A stretch of 64,000 bases of DNA from Nemertoderma westbladi (GCA_032718475.1 JAUCBJ010006199.1:1-64000); one strand, 5' to 3'. Counted from the stretch's first letter, positions 50,805 to 64,000 are shown. Program-made: numbers and translations. Notes: generated from the sequence alone by a model not told the origin.

Positions 50805-51440
50805 AAAAATAAAAAATTTCCTACAAATCTTAAAGAGACTGCATACAAGTTTAACAGATATATTTTCACTCCTATATATTCCTCCTCAGTGGGTGAGTCA
50901 GAATTTTTAATTTTGCTTTCAATCTTTAGTTACAAGCGTTAGAAAAATGTGTCTTGCGCGATATTGCTGTTCTTCAACTTTATAGCGATTTGTTGGTATT
51001 GGTAGCAATGCAAAGCTGGCCATGCAAGGATTCCAAATATATAAAAATAGTTGAATTTGATTGGGAAATAGCTGAGATATTGGCATTCAAATTTGCATGC
51101 ATGTATTTGCTTCAGCTGCGGGGCGTTTATTATATTTAATAAATACACAATATTCTGGAACATTTTGTTTATCTCCTAAGTAGCTGGGCAATAATGCAAT
51201 GCCTATATAATAATAATAGTATGTGGATATTCATACATAAACAATGTTCTAGAACATGGTACATTTATTAAATCGAATAAAAGGCCTGCTGCGGAACAAA
51301 TACATGCGACATTCGAATGTCCAAATTCCCAACCAAATCCAAATATCGTTTGGAATCATTGCAATTACCAGCTTTGCATTGCTACCAACAAATCACTATA
51401 AAGTTGAAGAACAGCAATATCGATGGAGACACTTTTGAAA
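50729..51440. mobile_element. Partial copy of the CACCATG MITE family
   Basis: CACCATGTCCTGGAATAGTGTCG + poly-C, then the same internal palindrome as 44137-45398. Confidence 0.65.
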
Positions 51441-51577
51441 TGTGCCGTGGAAATCCACAACATTTTATGAAAAGTGCCGTGAAAGTCGCGGCATTTTACG
51501 AAGTGTGCCGCGAAAGTACGGCACTTTACGAAATGTGCCGCGAAAGCCACGGCACTTTACGAAATGTGCCGTGAAAA
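51437..51577. repeat. ~32-bp tandem repeat, 4-5 copies
   Basis: GAAATGTGCCG(T/C)GAAAG..GGCACTTTAC recurs. Confidence 0.8.
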
Positions 51578-52723
51578 TCCATAGTCCATGGGCCAGCCGG
51601 CTTAGGGGATACTTTTTGGTAACCATCTGGAACTTATATTTTTGGGAAGACCTATCTTTTGGCCACTCATTTTGATATGATAACAAAGCTAAATCCGTAG
51701 CTGACTTGGTGTTATCACCGGTTGTCATGGAAATCGCAAAATAATAAACATGCTGTAGTATTCTAATAACTCAATATAAATGCATCGCGTCTTCTGAAAA
51801 AGACAGCTACTGGTCTTACAATTCTAAATGTGTCATAACATTCTGGAATATAATTGTTGTTGCCATGGGAGCGCTGCTAAATGAAAACTGACATATTTTA
51901 GAAAACTATCTACCATTCTAGAACAATATCATTATTTTAAAAACAAATTGCCACATATTATTGAATATTAGTTTTGGAAAATTTTGGTATACTGAGAGCG
52001 AAACGTGTTTTGTTGTAACTGTTATATATGGTACCAAAGTTATACCCATGTCTGAAATATTTTTCTATATCAGAATTTTAATCTCATTTCTCTCTGTTTC
52101 ATAATTATGACTAACAAAATATTTAGGTCAATGAAAAGCAATCATAATGTGACAATACTTTAAAATAACAAGATGGCATTTCAGACACCATTCCTTCCCG
52201 GTTACCATGACTACAGATACAATTGAAGATGACCCAGATGCACACTATGAAACATGACTTGACACCTACCACAAAATAAGGTTAGTATTAACTTTAGAAT
52301 ATCATTGTTCCTAGATGATTTCTGTAAAGATGATTCCCTCGATAATGACATTTTTGAATACTAAATCCATCCATTAGATATGTAAGTATATTCTTAGTTC
52401 GTATGATGTCATAAGAGGAAATGGAGTATTAGTCCAGGGGTGTACTCTGTAATATATTTTCTAAAACACTTTTTTGTGTATGAAATAAACAATAACATAA
52501 CAGTTTATAAGAAATTACCGATAATCTGAAAGTCCCATAGAACATCAATTTGAAATCGCAAATCTCAACTAATTGGATGTTTCTAAATCAAATAAACCCA
52601 AACCACCATCCATAAGTTATCACAATATACATAAATACGGCCCATGGCCCTCCCAACCCCCCCCCCCCCCCCCCCCCCCCACTCCCTAATTAGGCTCACC
52701 ACCCACCCTCCTATGTTACTCAT

Positions 52724-53654
52724 CAGGGACAGGATACGATACGATACGAAAATACGATACGATACGAACCAATTATTCACTATAAAATACGATACGAATA
52801 CAAACTTGAGAAAATACGATACGAAAAATCCAAGATACGATACGAAATACGATAAAAGTTTCGTATTTTTTCGTATCGTATTTTATCTAAGAGGTAATAA
52901 AAACATGTATTGTGTTTTGTATTGCAGTTAGAAAATCATATAAATCTCTATAGGAAATAATTTAAATTATTTCATTGTTCCAGCATGCTTGTTACAGCAA
53001 TAGTGCGGCTACTGGCTACAACATCCATGACGTTAAGCAGCACGGCCCAATCCAATATCACAATGCCACTTTATTCATACTGGTACTCCTGTACCTAAAC
53101 CTGCCGTTATTTATGGAATAATTTTGAATTGTATTTCATCATAGCAATATTGAATAAAATTCAAAACTTAAATTTCGAAGTCAAACTAATATTAGAACTA
53201 CTAAACCAAAACAAATGTTTTATTTATATTATTATTTCACTAGAATGCCGTTATCATAATATCAATGCCTTGTAGGCGCGATTTAATCTGTAATTAGATT
53301 ATATATTTCAGTGGACTTTTTTTATCATTATTCTACAGTTAATTACAATATGATTAACGATCCTCCTGTCTTACACATTTTATTGACATAATAAAACAGT
53401 AAGCTGTAACCTAATTTATACACCAATTTTTGAGAAAATAAATGTAATAAATGATCTCTAGTTTGACTGTTGAAAACATTAATATTTACAAAATAATAAG
53501 ACACGAAAATCCGATACGAAATACGAAAAATATTTATTCGTATTATACGATACGAAGTCAATTTTTATGATACGATACGAAATTCGATACGAATAAAATA
53601 CTGCGATACGAAATACGAAAATCCGTTTTCGTATCGTATCGTATCCTGTCCCTG
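52724..53654. mobile_element. hAT-like MITE
   Basis: TIR CAGGGACAGGATACGATACGATACGAAAA inverted at the right end. 8-bp TSD TTACTCAT (52716-52723, 53655-53662). (ATACG)n subterminal repeats. Confidence 0.88.
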
Positions 53655-54144
53655 TTACTCATATAACATGGCTAAGGTGTCAGCCCAGCCACCCACATTA
53701 ATGCCCCAACCAATACATATTTGTATTATTACGTTGTTTTGATATCTGCACAAGGTCGAAATCTAAGATAGACACAAAAATTCGGCATTCTAAAACATTA
53801 ACACGCAAATTACAATCCGAAAACTAAATAATACAGCCGGCTTCAAAATAGCGTTGGTTCCATCTCATTGGCTCCAACAGTTCTCCATATATTGCAATAG
53901 GGCAGTGGTAGGGTTTATGTTACAATACGTTCTCCTACTTAGAGATCCACACTTTTGATAAACCTGGCATTTCAGGGTATCATCACAGACCGAAACAAGT
54001 AACACTTATGTATGTATCTTCTGCAGCAAGAACCTCAACCGATGATCCATTTTGTGCTGCATGGAGCGTTACACGAGTGTCAGCCACATCATGGTCGCAT
54101 TGTAATTCTTCAACAGAATGTAAATTATGTTCTGTAATATCGTC

Positions 54145-54600
54145 CTGCGATAGTTACGACCTTGGTCCTGGATTAAGGACCCATATACTTGGCTGCAGGG
54201 GTATATGGCCTGACCAGGCAGATGGTAATCTACAGTACTAATGGCTGGCCAGGAGTAGAGTGCCTCAATCTCACATTTGAGAGCACTCCACTGCGACCTG
54301 CTAGCTCCTGGCACCAGTGGTACCGGGCATGGCCCAGCAGATTAGCTGTATAGCCAATGGTGGGTCATGTGCTTCAGAGTGGGTATGGGATAGGTGATTG
54401 GCCCCATATCTGATTCAACTGCGACACCCGCCCTGTAGGATGGCAAACCAGGGTGTGGTCTGTTCCCCGAGAGCTGACTCGGCAAAAAAGCACCCTAACC
54501 CACTCACTACTATGGATTACATTAGTAACTCGAAGGTCCCGCCACTATAGGCCTGTGGAATTACCTGACACATTTTACATTCACATTCAAGTCACATTCA
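54145..54600 (+). mobile_element. Possible SINE or LINE-derived structured element
   Basis: GC-richer non-coding island with nested hairpins (CCAGGAG..CTCCTGG, GAGTGC..GCACTC) and a (CACATT)n-like tail. Boundaries uncertain. Confidence 0.35.
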
Positions 54601-57600
54601 GTGTATTGCAGCTTATTTTGTACCAATGTGTCGCCAATGTGGTGGAAAATGCATAGAAAACGATATACCAAGAGAACCTTCAAAAGTACATTTTGAAAAA
54701 AATTGTGGCGCCCCCTAGCGGCCTGCCTGAGATTTTAAGAATTTAATTAAAAAGACTACTCCTCCGTTATTTTCCATTTTTATTTTCCGATACCACATTT
54801 TTTTGGAACCAGCATCAATTTCATCACATTTTTCACGCACTTTTTGTATTTTCATTTCATTTTTAAAAAAAAAAAAATTTTTTATTTGAAATAATCCACG
54901 TGTTTTTTGTAAATTTTCATTCAAAAAGTGGGGAAATATTATTAAATTTAGAAATGGCAGAGGAGTAGCATTTTTCGAGTGTCATTCAGAGATAATCGTC
55001 TTCAAATTCCAAACCTTCGACGCAATCTGCTGATGATCTGATGATGGTCTAGCTTGTATATCTGCCTGTATATCTGTATTGTCCCTCTAGCGGCAGACTG
55101 GAGAACTGCGGACTGGTCACCTTCTTCATAAAGACGCAACAGGTGGTATAGTACATACATATAGTACTCTACTCCCGTTTTGAAGGTGTAACTAAATCGA
55201 TCATTGCGGTTCGAATGGTATAAGATCCAACTTGCAATAGGAGCAGCAGAAGTTGGCCATAACAAAAATTGCTGATAACGGGTAGTTGCGATAAGTGTCG
55301 CTAAAGTGCAAAATGTTACCAAAGACCTGTAACTAATTCCACTCATTTTAAACAAAAATATTGTTGATCACAATTTTGAACAATTGTTTGCAATATTTTA
55401 TAGCTGAGCCCAGTTGAATATCGTTAGTTTTTTGCCACCCTACATCCACAGTCTACATTTCAATGATACAATACATCAGTTTTATAACATCTTACAGCTA
55501 AATGGAGAACGTGGATATCCCCTAACGGTATATGCCTAGAATATTACAGGAATACCCTCACCCCCACCTCAGCTATAGCTGGGAGGCCAATATCCATTTT
55601 GAGGTATATCCTTGAGACACCGACAACACGTTGTGGGGCCTACGCGCAGCACGAGAGCCTATATAATAAAGTGTACTAATCTCTATTAGATATACAAAAA
55701 CCGTCATTCCCAAAATTTAAATGTGTGATGCTTTCAGTTTGCTTTAAACTGGTTATTTTACATTACTGTTTTATATTATTACATTTTTATTTTACATTGT
55801 ACATTTCAGTTCACCCTTTATATACTTTATATAACTGTCATTTGTGAAGCTACTAACTACGTCTATTTAAGTTAAGTATGACATTTTTAGTTTTACAATA
55901 CTCGTCTCCTTCATTAGTTTCTTTGCGCTCGTCCTATTTTCTTAAACGCAGACTGACAACCTTTATAATTATGCAAAGTCTCGAAACTGTGCGAGTAATT
56001 GCTGATTTATGGAACATGGATACTCGTATCCACTGCAAAACTCATTGCGTTCGTCCTGTACAACCTGGTCACCAAATATATACTCCTCAACATTCCATAA
56101 TCAGTATTGGATAAACTGACATTTCGTCAAATATTCTAAACCATGTGGTTTACGAGTATCGTCAAAACAATATTCGTTATTAGGAGTATAGTCAACACAA
56201 CACAGACTCGTCTTCAATACAACTATCGTTGCACTCGTCCTGTACATCTGGTCACCAAAAAACTAGCATAAGACATTCAACCACCGGTACTGATCAAAAT
56301 AACATATCGTCCATTATGCTAACCAAGTTGTTTAGAAGTATAGTCAACACAATTCTCGTCTCTTTCATTAGCCCCGTTGCGAAGCTTGCTTACTTTCGTG
56401 GCTCGCCCCAATGTTCCAGACAATGCCAATAGCGGATGGATATTGGATATGGATAATTATGCTGTCTGTGTAAGTGAGAAGTACAATACCCTTCGAAGTA
56501 TATACCTCTATGTGAACCAAAAATTATAATATGGTTGGTTACAGTGTGAATATAATAATGTAATATAGGAATTATAACGAAATACCCAATCGGATGTGGA
56601 CATTAACATTATGATGATTAGAGGCCCTGGAGTAAATTTACAACAGAATAAAAAAAATAAGGAGATTTATATGCATGTATATATGTGTAAAGTAAGCCCT
56701 ATACAACAACAATTAATTGCACCGAAAATTAGTATAAAGCTAAAGCATACGGACCGAAATACTTAAATCAATTAATTAATTGTGTGACAAGTAGCACTAG
56801 CGTTTACAAGCAAGTAGCATCAGCGTTTTGACCCGATTCTATTTATTTATTTGGGTCGGTTGTGAAAGAAAAACCATAGCTTTACTCACTTTATTCATGT
56901 GTGTGATATGAAACAAACGCCGATAAGCAGACATATGCAACATAATTATGTATATAATTGACTGAAAAGTGAGGACTATCGGCATTAAATACCCTTGCTG
57001 TTTATATATGCAAACCTCACTTGCTGTGTTCGATAGTACTTAATACACATTTAGGAATTGTATTTATACAGAATAAGCTAAAAGACTCCCTCATTAAATT
57101 TCACTTTTGATTAGAAACACTTCTTCACTCCGCTGGTGTCACAGGTGTAGGAAAAAGTATATAGAAAGACTATACAACATTTTTTCATACTGAAATATAT
57201 ATTATTATAAAATTAATTATGTCAATTAATTGTATTTAATTATAATAATTACGCATTTGGTTACATCCTTCCCCTTCCGTCTGCGTAATCTGTTCATTTA
57301 CTAACCAGCATCAGTGCATAAACATGTACACTACCATGGTAACATTTGTTAATTGTTTTTGTTCCATCCACCTGATTTTATAATCTGTTGCGCTGTTTGA
57401 GTTGCTTACTGGATTATATTGTGGTACGGTTCTAATAAAAGACTGGAGAAAAGCAAAAGCATTATTTAATTACGGGATTTGTTAATATTGTTTAGAATCT
57501 CCAGGGATCGGAAGGGAGGGCGTTGGTGGGGTGGTGGGATACTTCTTTGCCAAACAGAAACTAACTTTGAACAATTTTCCTCGCGAAGAAACGTTGTTAT

Positions 57601-58434
57601 GGAATAAAGATAGAAATTACGAAAATGCAGCCTTCGTTGACTACCTACCTAGCTCCGTCTTGCTTCACTAACGTTGCTCGTGAAATAAACATCCACTATA
57701 TCTAAGGCAAACATTTGGTTTTAAAAACCCTGCTACATTAAATACTAAAATTAAATTTTAATTTCCTCCCTTTCCTATTTCAGCCAATAGTTAGGGCTAG
57801 GGGCTGGATTTAATTTGTGTAATAAAATGTCCTCCTATATCAGCCAATCGGCAAGGGAAGGATAAACTCACATTAGAGTGTATGGGTTTGTATTACCCAC
57901 TAAAATAGAAGGAGAAAATAACAAATTTGTCACATCCCCCCCCCCCCCCCCCCGTCCAAATAATAAAACCCCGCCAAGTTTTGGTGGTGAACTAAATGTT
58001 TTTGCACGAGAGTTAATTTGGCAGGGTTTGTAAAGCAAATTGTATGCCACATCAGACAACTAAATAAAATAATAAATGCTATGGGTATTTTATAGCTAGT
58101 AATATATGAAATAGTTATTTTTCAAACAATAAAATGTGGCTCAGTTACAAAAAAATACAAGTTAAAAACAATAAGTAATATTGTACTAGTACAAGGTACA
58201 ACACAACACAAATATACTTAGTTATTAATCGTTATTGTATATAATTCCTAAATTACTTACATACCAGTACCACAGATCTGTAACACTTATTGGTAGATTA
58301 GTTTGTAACAACTTGCCGGTGTATCTGATCAGTTTAATATCAATAAACGCAGTACTCGTCAAGTTAGACCTAGTTGTCTATTAGCACACCGAGAACGATA
58401 TCAACTTTATACTTTACAGTATTACAGTCTAGTA

Positions 58435-59643
58435 TTACTTTACAGACTTATACTTCACTTGCAAGTTACCATAGCCCTTAGCATAAGGTTTACCATTAAG
58501 ATGTTCAATAGCAGCTTTACTTCCATTCATATCGATGAACGTTACAAAACCGTAGCCCTTGCACTTACCACTAGCATCACTCATAACGACAGCATTCTCT
58601 ACCTCCCCGTACGGAGTAAAGAGACGTGTTAATTCGTCGTTGGTGCAGTTAGGTCCGACATTATAGGCGAAAACAACGGGAGATGGGACCTCAGCAGGGG
58701 GGAATGGGGCCGACGGTACTGGGTACGGCGGCATCGACTGAGGGGGGAACCCGGCCACAGGGAAGGGGGGCGGGGGTGGTGGGGCCATAGGAAAACCGGG
58801 TACGGGTGCGGGACCTCGTGGGGGGGCTGGAGGGGGCGCCTTGGGGGGCCCAGCTATGGGAGACGGGCGGTTGTAAGTGGTCGTTACTTTGGTACTCTTG
58901 GCTGGACCGTAATTCGATTGCTGAGCTGGATAACTAGACCCAAAAGGGTAAGGCGGATAGCCCGGGGGGACACTATAGCCCGGGGGGTATTGTGGGAAGG
59001 GGTAACCGGGGGGGTAGACATAGGGGGGCTGGGCAGTACCAGGGGGCGGAGCGGTGTCGCCGCTACCATGCGGAGGTCTGATCTTCCTCTCGTAATCTTC
59101 AGCCCAACGAACTATGATCTTATCCGTTCCGCCTACCGGCGCAGTATCGTTCAGTTGCTCAACACAAGCAGATGCATCATCCTTGCTGGAGAATATAGCG
59201 AAACCTACGCCGTTGAATTGCCCTGTTGATTTATCGGTTAACATTCGCACAGCTACAACCTCTCCGTAGCGACCTAAGTAATCCTGCAGTGCCTTCTCAT
59301 TCCAGTGAGGTGGAATATTCTTCATATATAGGTTTGTGTTTTTGCCTTGCTTACCTTTCGGCCTTGCCAAAGCCACTCGCAGGGTCTTTTTGCCTATCTT
59401 AAAACCATGGAAACGCTCTATAGCTGTGGCAGCGCTTTTTTCATTCTCGTAATCGACGAAACCAAATCCGTAACTATAAAAGGTGGCCGGTTGGCGGACA
59501 ATGTGAGACCTAACGATGGCCCCACAGTTAGAAAACATTACCTTAAATTCCTCATCAGTCATGCTTTGGGGAAGGTAATTAATTATTATATTAGTTTTAG
59601 AGGATTCAGATGCCGCACCGTTTGAGTTGTATTGATCAGTCAT
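58435..59643 (-). CDS. Sex-lethal/ELAV-family RNA-binding protein, three RRMs with Pro-rich hinge, single-exon CDS
   Basis: KTNIIINYLPQSMTDEE, YSYGFGFVDY, VALARPKG..KNTNLY, GG..IIVRWAED (Sxl-like RRM1-2). RRM3 VFAYNVG..KCKGYGFVTF..LQVKYK as in ELAV/Hu. Confidence 0.88.
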   Translation of the reverse strand: MTDQYNSNGAASESSKTNIIINYLPQSMTDEEFKVMFSNCGAIVRSHIVRQPATFYSYGFGFVDYENEKSAATAIERFHGFKIGKKTLRVALARPKGKQGKNTNLYMKNIPPHWNEKALQDYLGRYGEVVAVRMLTDKSTGQFNGVGFAIFSSKDDASACVEQLNDTAPVGGTDKIIVRWAEDYERKIRPPHGSGDTAPPPGTAQPPYVYPPGYPFPQYPPGYSVPPGYPPYPFGSSYPAQQSNYGPAKSTKVTTTYNRPSPIAGPPKAPPPAPPRGPAPVPGFPMAPPPPPPFPVAGFPPQSMPPYPVPSAPFPPAEVPSPVVFAYNVGPNCTNDELTRLFTPYGEVENAVVMSDASGKCKGYGFVTFIDMNGSKAAIEHLNGKPYAKGYGNLQVKYKSVK

Positions 59644-59720
59644 TTTGGAATGACGTCCGACGGTTGTCCCACGATTAGTGAAGTAATAACACTGGTAATA
59701 AACGTAATAAAATCAACAAC

Positions 59721-61373
59721 CTTAAAAAAACAAAATAAACAAAAACGGTAACAAATATAATAATTATAACGCAGAAAATTATAAAACTGTCTTGTGTTGA
59801 ATAGTAGTTAATATTATAACTCAATTAAAGGGTTTAAAATAATAAAACGTGAAAATCACATTGGAACCAAATTTAATGTAAAAATTTATTGAAAGATATA
59901 TCTAATTTTAAAAACCTCATACAGTCATGTAATTAATTTAAGATTTGTTAATAATTATAAAATTTAGAAAGGTTTTGTGGTAATATAATATAATTAACAG
60001 GTACCGGTATATAAAAAAAAACGATAATATAGCGTCATTTTATACCGGTAATTTTTGAATGAAATTATCTTCAAATGGATGAAGTAGAATATGGTATCAA
60101 TTAAACACTTATTTTATGTTAAAGGTAATACGATTGAAATTAACAAAAATATCTATAGCTAGATTAATACATAATACAATTTAAATGTAAAAAATGTATA
60201 ATTACATTTTAAAAAATATATAATTATATTATACGGTACTATAAAAGTATACTAAACAAGTCCCACATTGGCGTAGTGGTTAAATCCGTTGCATTGAATT
60301 CACATATCTCCGGAGATCGATCCACGCATGGGGGATCCACGTACGAATGATTAACTGGGACAAGCAAGGAAGACAGATGCCAGGCCGCATGAGAACCAGT
60401 TTCCTCTGAGGAGTTTAGTTCTGGGGGGACCGCAATGGAAAAAGTTGTCAAACTTTGTGCGTAATCCCTCGGCCTAGCGGCCGATGAAAACTTTACTTAA
60501 CTTTTATACTAGCGTGTGGTGAGGTGCTATTGTCCTTTGTATTGTATTGTAGTAGGCTAGATGCGCATTGTAATGTTATTGAATATATACTACTACACAC
60601 GGCGTGCTTTGTAGTTGTAGTCTAGAACTATAAGAGAAACATCTCCCGTGTCATAAAACCGCCTGCGCTCTACCTGCAACACCACTTCTGACTTCAGCAC
60701 TTAGAACTTGCGAATGTCACGATTGGAATCATACCTACAATTTGTCTGTTTGTTGTTGTTGGACAGTTCAGCAGTCAGCAGTTTACTTTAGTACTGTAGT
60801 AGGCCTAGCTGCCTAGCCTACTCCATACTCCATGCATCTGCTGCATCTGCCTGCAGCTGTGCAGTACCAGTACCAGAGTAGCCTACCTGCCTACTGCTAC
60901 TGCTACCTGGCTACTGCTACTGTACTGTCAGACTGTAGTCAGTAGTAGTCAGGTCAGCAGGTAGTCTGGCAGTCTGGCTGTCTGGTAGTGCTAGTGCTAG
61001 TGCAGAAATGGCCGGTCAGCCGGTGGGCAGGTGGGGTGGGCCCCTGTCAGCCTTTCCCCTGGTCGAGAAAACCCTAAAACTGAAACTGTCATGCAACCCC
61101 AGACCCCAGTAACCCTCCACTCTCTGACTCTGACTGTCTGACCCTAATGCAGTAATGCCTAACTGCAGAACTGCTAACGATAACCTGATAACCATAACCA
61201 TCAAACAATACAAGACTGATACAGATACAACCCTACTGCCCTAAGTCCAGAAGTCATAGGCATACAGGCAGACAGGCATACAGCACCGGTGACCGGTCTG
61301 CCGGTAGCCTAATATAAAAAATTCCGCTAAATTTTCTTAGATTATGACTTCCGGTACCTCAGCGCGAACTTAC
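59721..61373 (-). other. Candidate 5'-UTR intron of the Sxl/ELAV-like gene
   Basis: Donor AAG|GTAAGT at 61373 after a GA-rich stretch. Acceptor TTTTTGTTTATTTTGTTTTTTTAAG| at 59721, 77 nt upstream of the ATG. The pairing is inferred. Confidence 0.5.
60255..60504 (+). mobile_element. tRNA-derived SINE
   Basis: A box TGGCGTAGTGG (60269-60279), degenerate B box GGAGATCGATCC (60312-60323), (CTTTA)-like tail, possible TSD TATACTA (60248-60254, 60505-60511). Confidence 0.65.
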
Positions 61374-61717
61374 CTTCCTGTCTTCTGATCTTCTTTCTGT
61401 CTTTTTCACTGTCCTTCACCTTTGACTCTCAGACTAGGCCTAGGCCTATACGAATACCGGTACCCTGGCTGCCTGGTAGGCCTATCGTTCAGTCGTTGTA
61501 GTCCAGTACCGGTACTGCAGTAGTTCTGTCTGCCTGTAGTCTCGACTCGACGTCAGCGTCGTGGTTTGATCTATATCAGTATATCCCTGCCCTGTATCCA
61601 GATATCTGATATCCTTCTGTCCTTCCTTGGACCTATACCAGTATACTACAGTCAGACAGTCTGACAATCAGACAGTAGGTATTACTGTACTACAGTTGAC
61701 AGTACGGTACTATGACA

Positions 61718-62386
61718 TCGTAATTTTTTCACATCAATAGAAAGCTTGCGTTGAAAGGATTCCAAATATTATGTAGCAATATCTGAATTTCATTGAGAAA
61801 CAGCTGAGAAATAGGCGTTCAAAGACTGCAAGAATTATTGTTCGCTGCAGGCCATTTATTCTATTTAATAAATACACAAAATTCTACAACGTGTTATTTA
61901 TTTTATGAGTTGGTAGGCAACAGCGGTATGCCTATACAATATCTATATTGCCTAGCTAATCATACATAAACAAATTGTTCCAGAATATTGTGTATTTATT
62001 AAATAGAATAAATGGCCTGCAGTGAACAATAATTCTTGCAATCTTTGAATGCCTATATCTCAGCTGTTTCTCAACGAAATTCAGATATTGCTACATATTT
62101 GGAATCCTTGCAGCGCAAGCTTTCTATTGATGTGAAAAAATTACGACTAAAGTGAAGAATGGCAATGATACAGAGGGTGCGATTTCGCAAAAGACACTTT
62201 TTTAAAACGCTTATAAATAAAATTTAAAGGCGAAATCGAAAATTCCGGCTTCATGGTAACAACCACGGTGAGTTGAACTAGTTGTGTTTAAAATTTCAGG
62301 CAATATGATAAAGATTTGTAGAAACATTTGGGGGGGGGGGGGGGTCCGTGTCATCAGAAAATGACACTATATTACGGGTCATGGTG
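61718..62386. mobile_element. Truncated copy of the 37609-41660 TIR family with internal palindrome
   Basis: Right end ..GACACTATATTACGGGTCATGGTG-TA is identical to the end at 41660. 61718-~61890 is inverted in ~61975-62147. Confidence 0.75.
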
Positions 62387-64000
62387 TATATACTGTAGAT
62401 AAATTATTATTATATATTATTTTATTAAAAATTATTTTTCACCTTGGAAGCATTATTACTATGGGTATACAGATACAGAATAACCTTATAAGTCTCTCTC
62501 ACTCTGTGACTGAGTCCCGCTCTGTGATTGGGGTGACTTCAACTACTGTACTCCATACTGCCATATACATAATGTTATCCAAATTGTAACAATTGTATCC
62601 TAATTGTTTCGAATGCGAGAGATTTACTTTGGCATTATTCAAAGGTTAGGTTTGATTTTGATATGTCAACAATAATACCGGTACTACAGTATACATGAAG
62701 GAAGGAAGACCTCCAGTGACATGAACAGGTGGAATGCGGTACAAAAACAAAGATATCCCGATGTCAATAATTCAATTAAGTCATATATTTCATTCCCCAT
62801 TTTTAAACCACACTTTATGTCTGGCTTCAAAGAAACATTGCTAAGATTAACTTAAAAGAAATATTTGATTTATAGATAGGATCTCAGACATGGACATAGG
62901 GATGATAATATTGTTTCAAATGTTTAATATTTTAGGGTATAAGAAAGCTAATGCTTATGGAACCCGTTATTATTACAGTAATACCGGTAGGAATTTAAGT
63001 ATTGCGACCAATACCGATCATATTATAAAACAATGACAAAAACATATAAAACAATTGAAACATATAAAAACACAAGGCGTGATAATTAAATAGTTGAAAT
63101 AAATTAGTGTTCTTAATAAAAAAAGGTTTCTAATAAAATTACAATATACACAGAAAATTTCACAACAGTCGATAAAATCAGGTATGCACACTAAAAATTA
63201 CAAATATACACTAAAAATTACATATATATATAATATACTGTATAACAGACTATAAAATCTCGCATATACACTAAAAACAGTAAAACGTGATGACTTCAAT
63301 CCAGGACCGAGGTTTTACTATATGTGAGTCCGATTTTGCATAATTTCGAAGTTTGCGTCTTTTCTGTCTGGCTTTGAATTCCATCTCCCGCCCCATGTGG
63401 ACATACTGTATCTCTATATCAAAGTAATAGCGAGTTTCCCCAAATCGGAATGATTTCCGTAAAATAACTTTGGGTGCCTAGTGTGATGAAAACACTACAG
63501 TACTGTAGTAGTAAGTAGTAGAGGCCGGGAAGATTTATCTTCTAGTGGTTTCCCAGTCGGGTAATGCTGCTGTAAGCAAGTTTCTCGTTAAGAGCATTGA
63601 ATAGGAACCTTACGTCATCACCCCGGTGACAGGTACAGTAGAATTAAAGTTCAAATTGCATCTGTTTACAGCTCTTGTAATCGACACGACACGGATAAAT
63701 CCTGTTGTAATTGTGTGTAGGATTTAAACTTCTAATGCACTTGTTCGTAGAGCTGAACAAAAACCACATCTTTATCTTTAGATAACTCGATCGGAACTGT
63801 ACAGTAGTAATCTCTGTCCACACTGTTGTGCAGACGTCGACACTAGCACTAGCATGGACAAATTGTTTACTGTAGTACTGTAGTAATTGGTGTTGCTTTT
63901 AGCTTTTGCTTTAGCTTTTGAACGTTTGTCTCAGACCGACTGTCTATTTGTGGAGCGGTTCGGGTTCTTTATTATTCAGAATCCATCAGGAACCATATGC

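Noticed and set aside
54186-54240. U1 snRNA look-alike (ATACTTGGCTGCAGGGG..)
   Set aside because: Lacks ACTTACCTG, the U1A loop (ATTGCAC) and a correctly placed Sm site.
60260-60335. tRNA gene
   Set aside because: A box present, but the B box is degenerate, the cloverleaf is poor, and it continues into a body and tail typical of a SINE.
63270-63900. Possible minus-strand last exon (APKVILRKSFRFGETRYY..)
   Set aside because: Open for ~68 codons after an AG but with no recognisable similarity, and any upstream part would lie at or beyond the window edge.

Overview
Animal (metazoan) genomic DNA, AT-rich, with all host genes on the minus strand. It contains three genes whose CDSs have no introns: EXOC3/Sec6 (230-2524), a GH85 ENGase (35484-36974) and a 3-RRM Sex-lethal/ELAV-like gene (58435-59643). 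It also contains a five-exon SRSF10/12-type SR splicing factor gene (CDS 43158->15382, 201 aa) that the ORF track only shows in fragments. This SR gene is the most unusual object in the window. Intron 1 has a GC donor and holds the whole ENGase gene on the same strand. Intron 2 is a U12 AT-AC intron with an apparent nested U2 intron, a GA-rich candidate poison exon and a second U12 donor. Intron 3 is mostly about 37 tandem copies of its own exon/5' splice-site junction. Intron 4 is about 300 tandem copies of a 38-bp unit that reads branch point-pyrimidine tract-AG on the sense strand. The rest is transposon-rich: a young Ty3/Gypsy element and a truncated RTE-type LINE both inserted in one decayed ORF, a Merlin element, several MITE families (one carrying an alpha-tubulin 3' fragment) and SINE-like elements. 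Exon structures come from manual reading and protein similarity recalled from memory. No alignment, database search or expression data were available.
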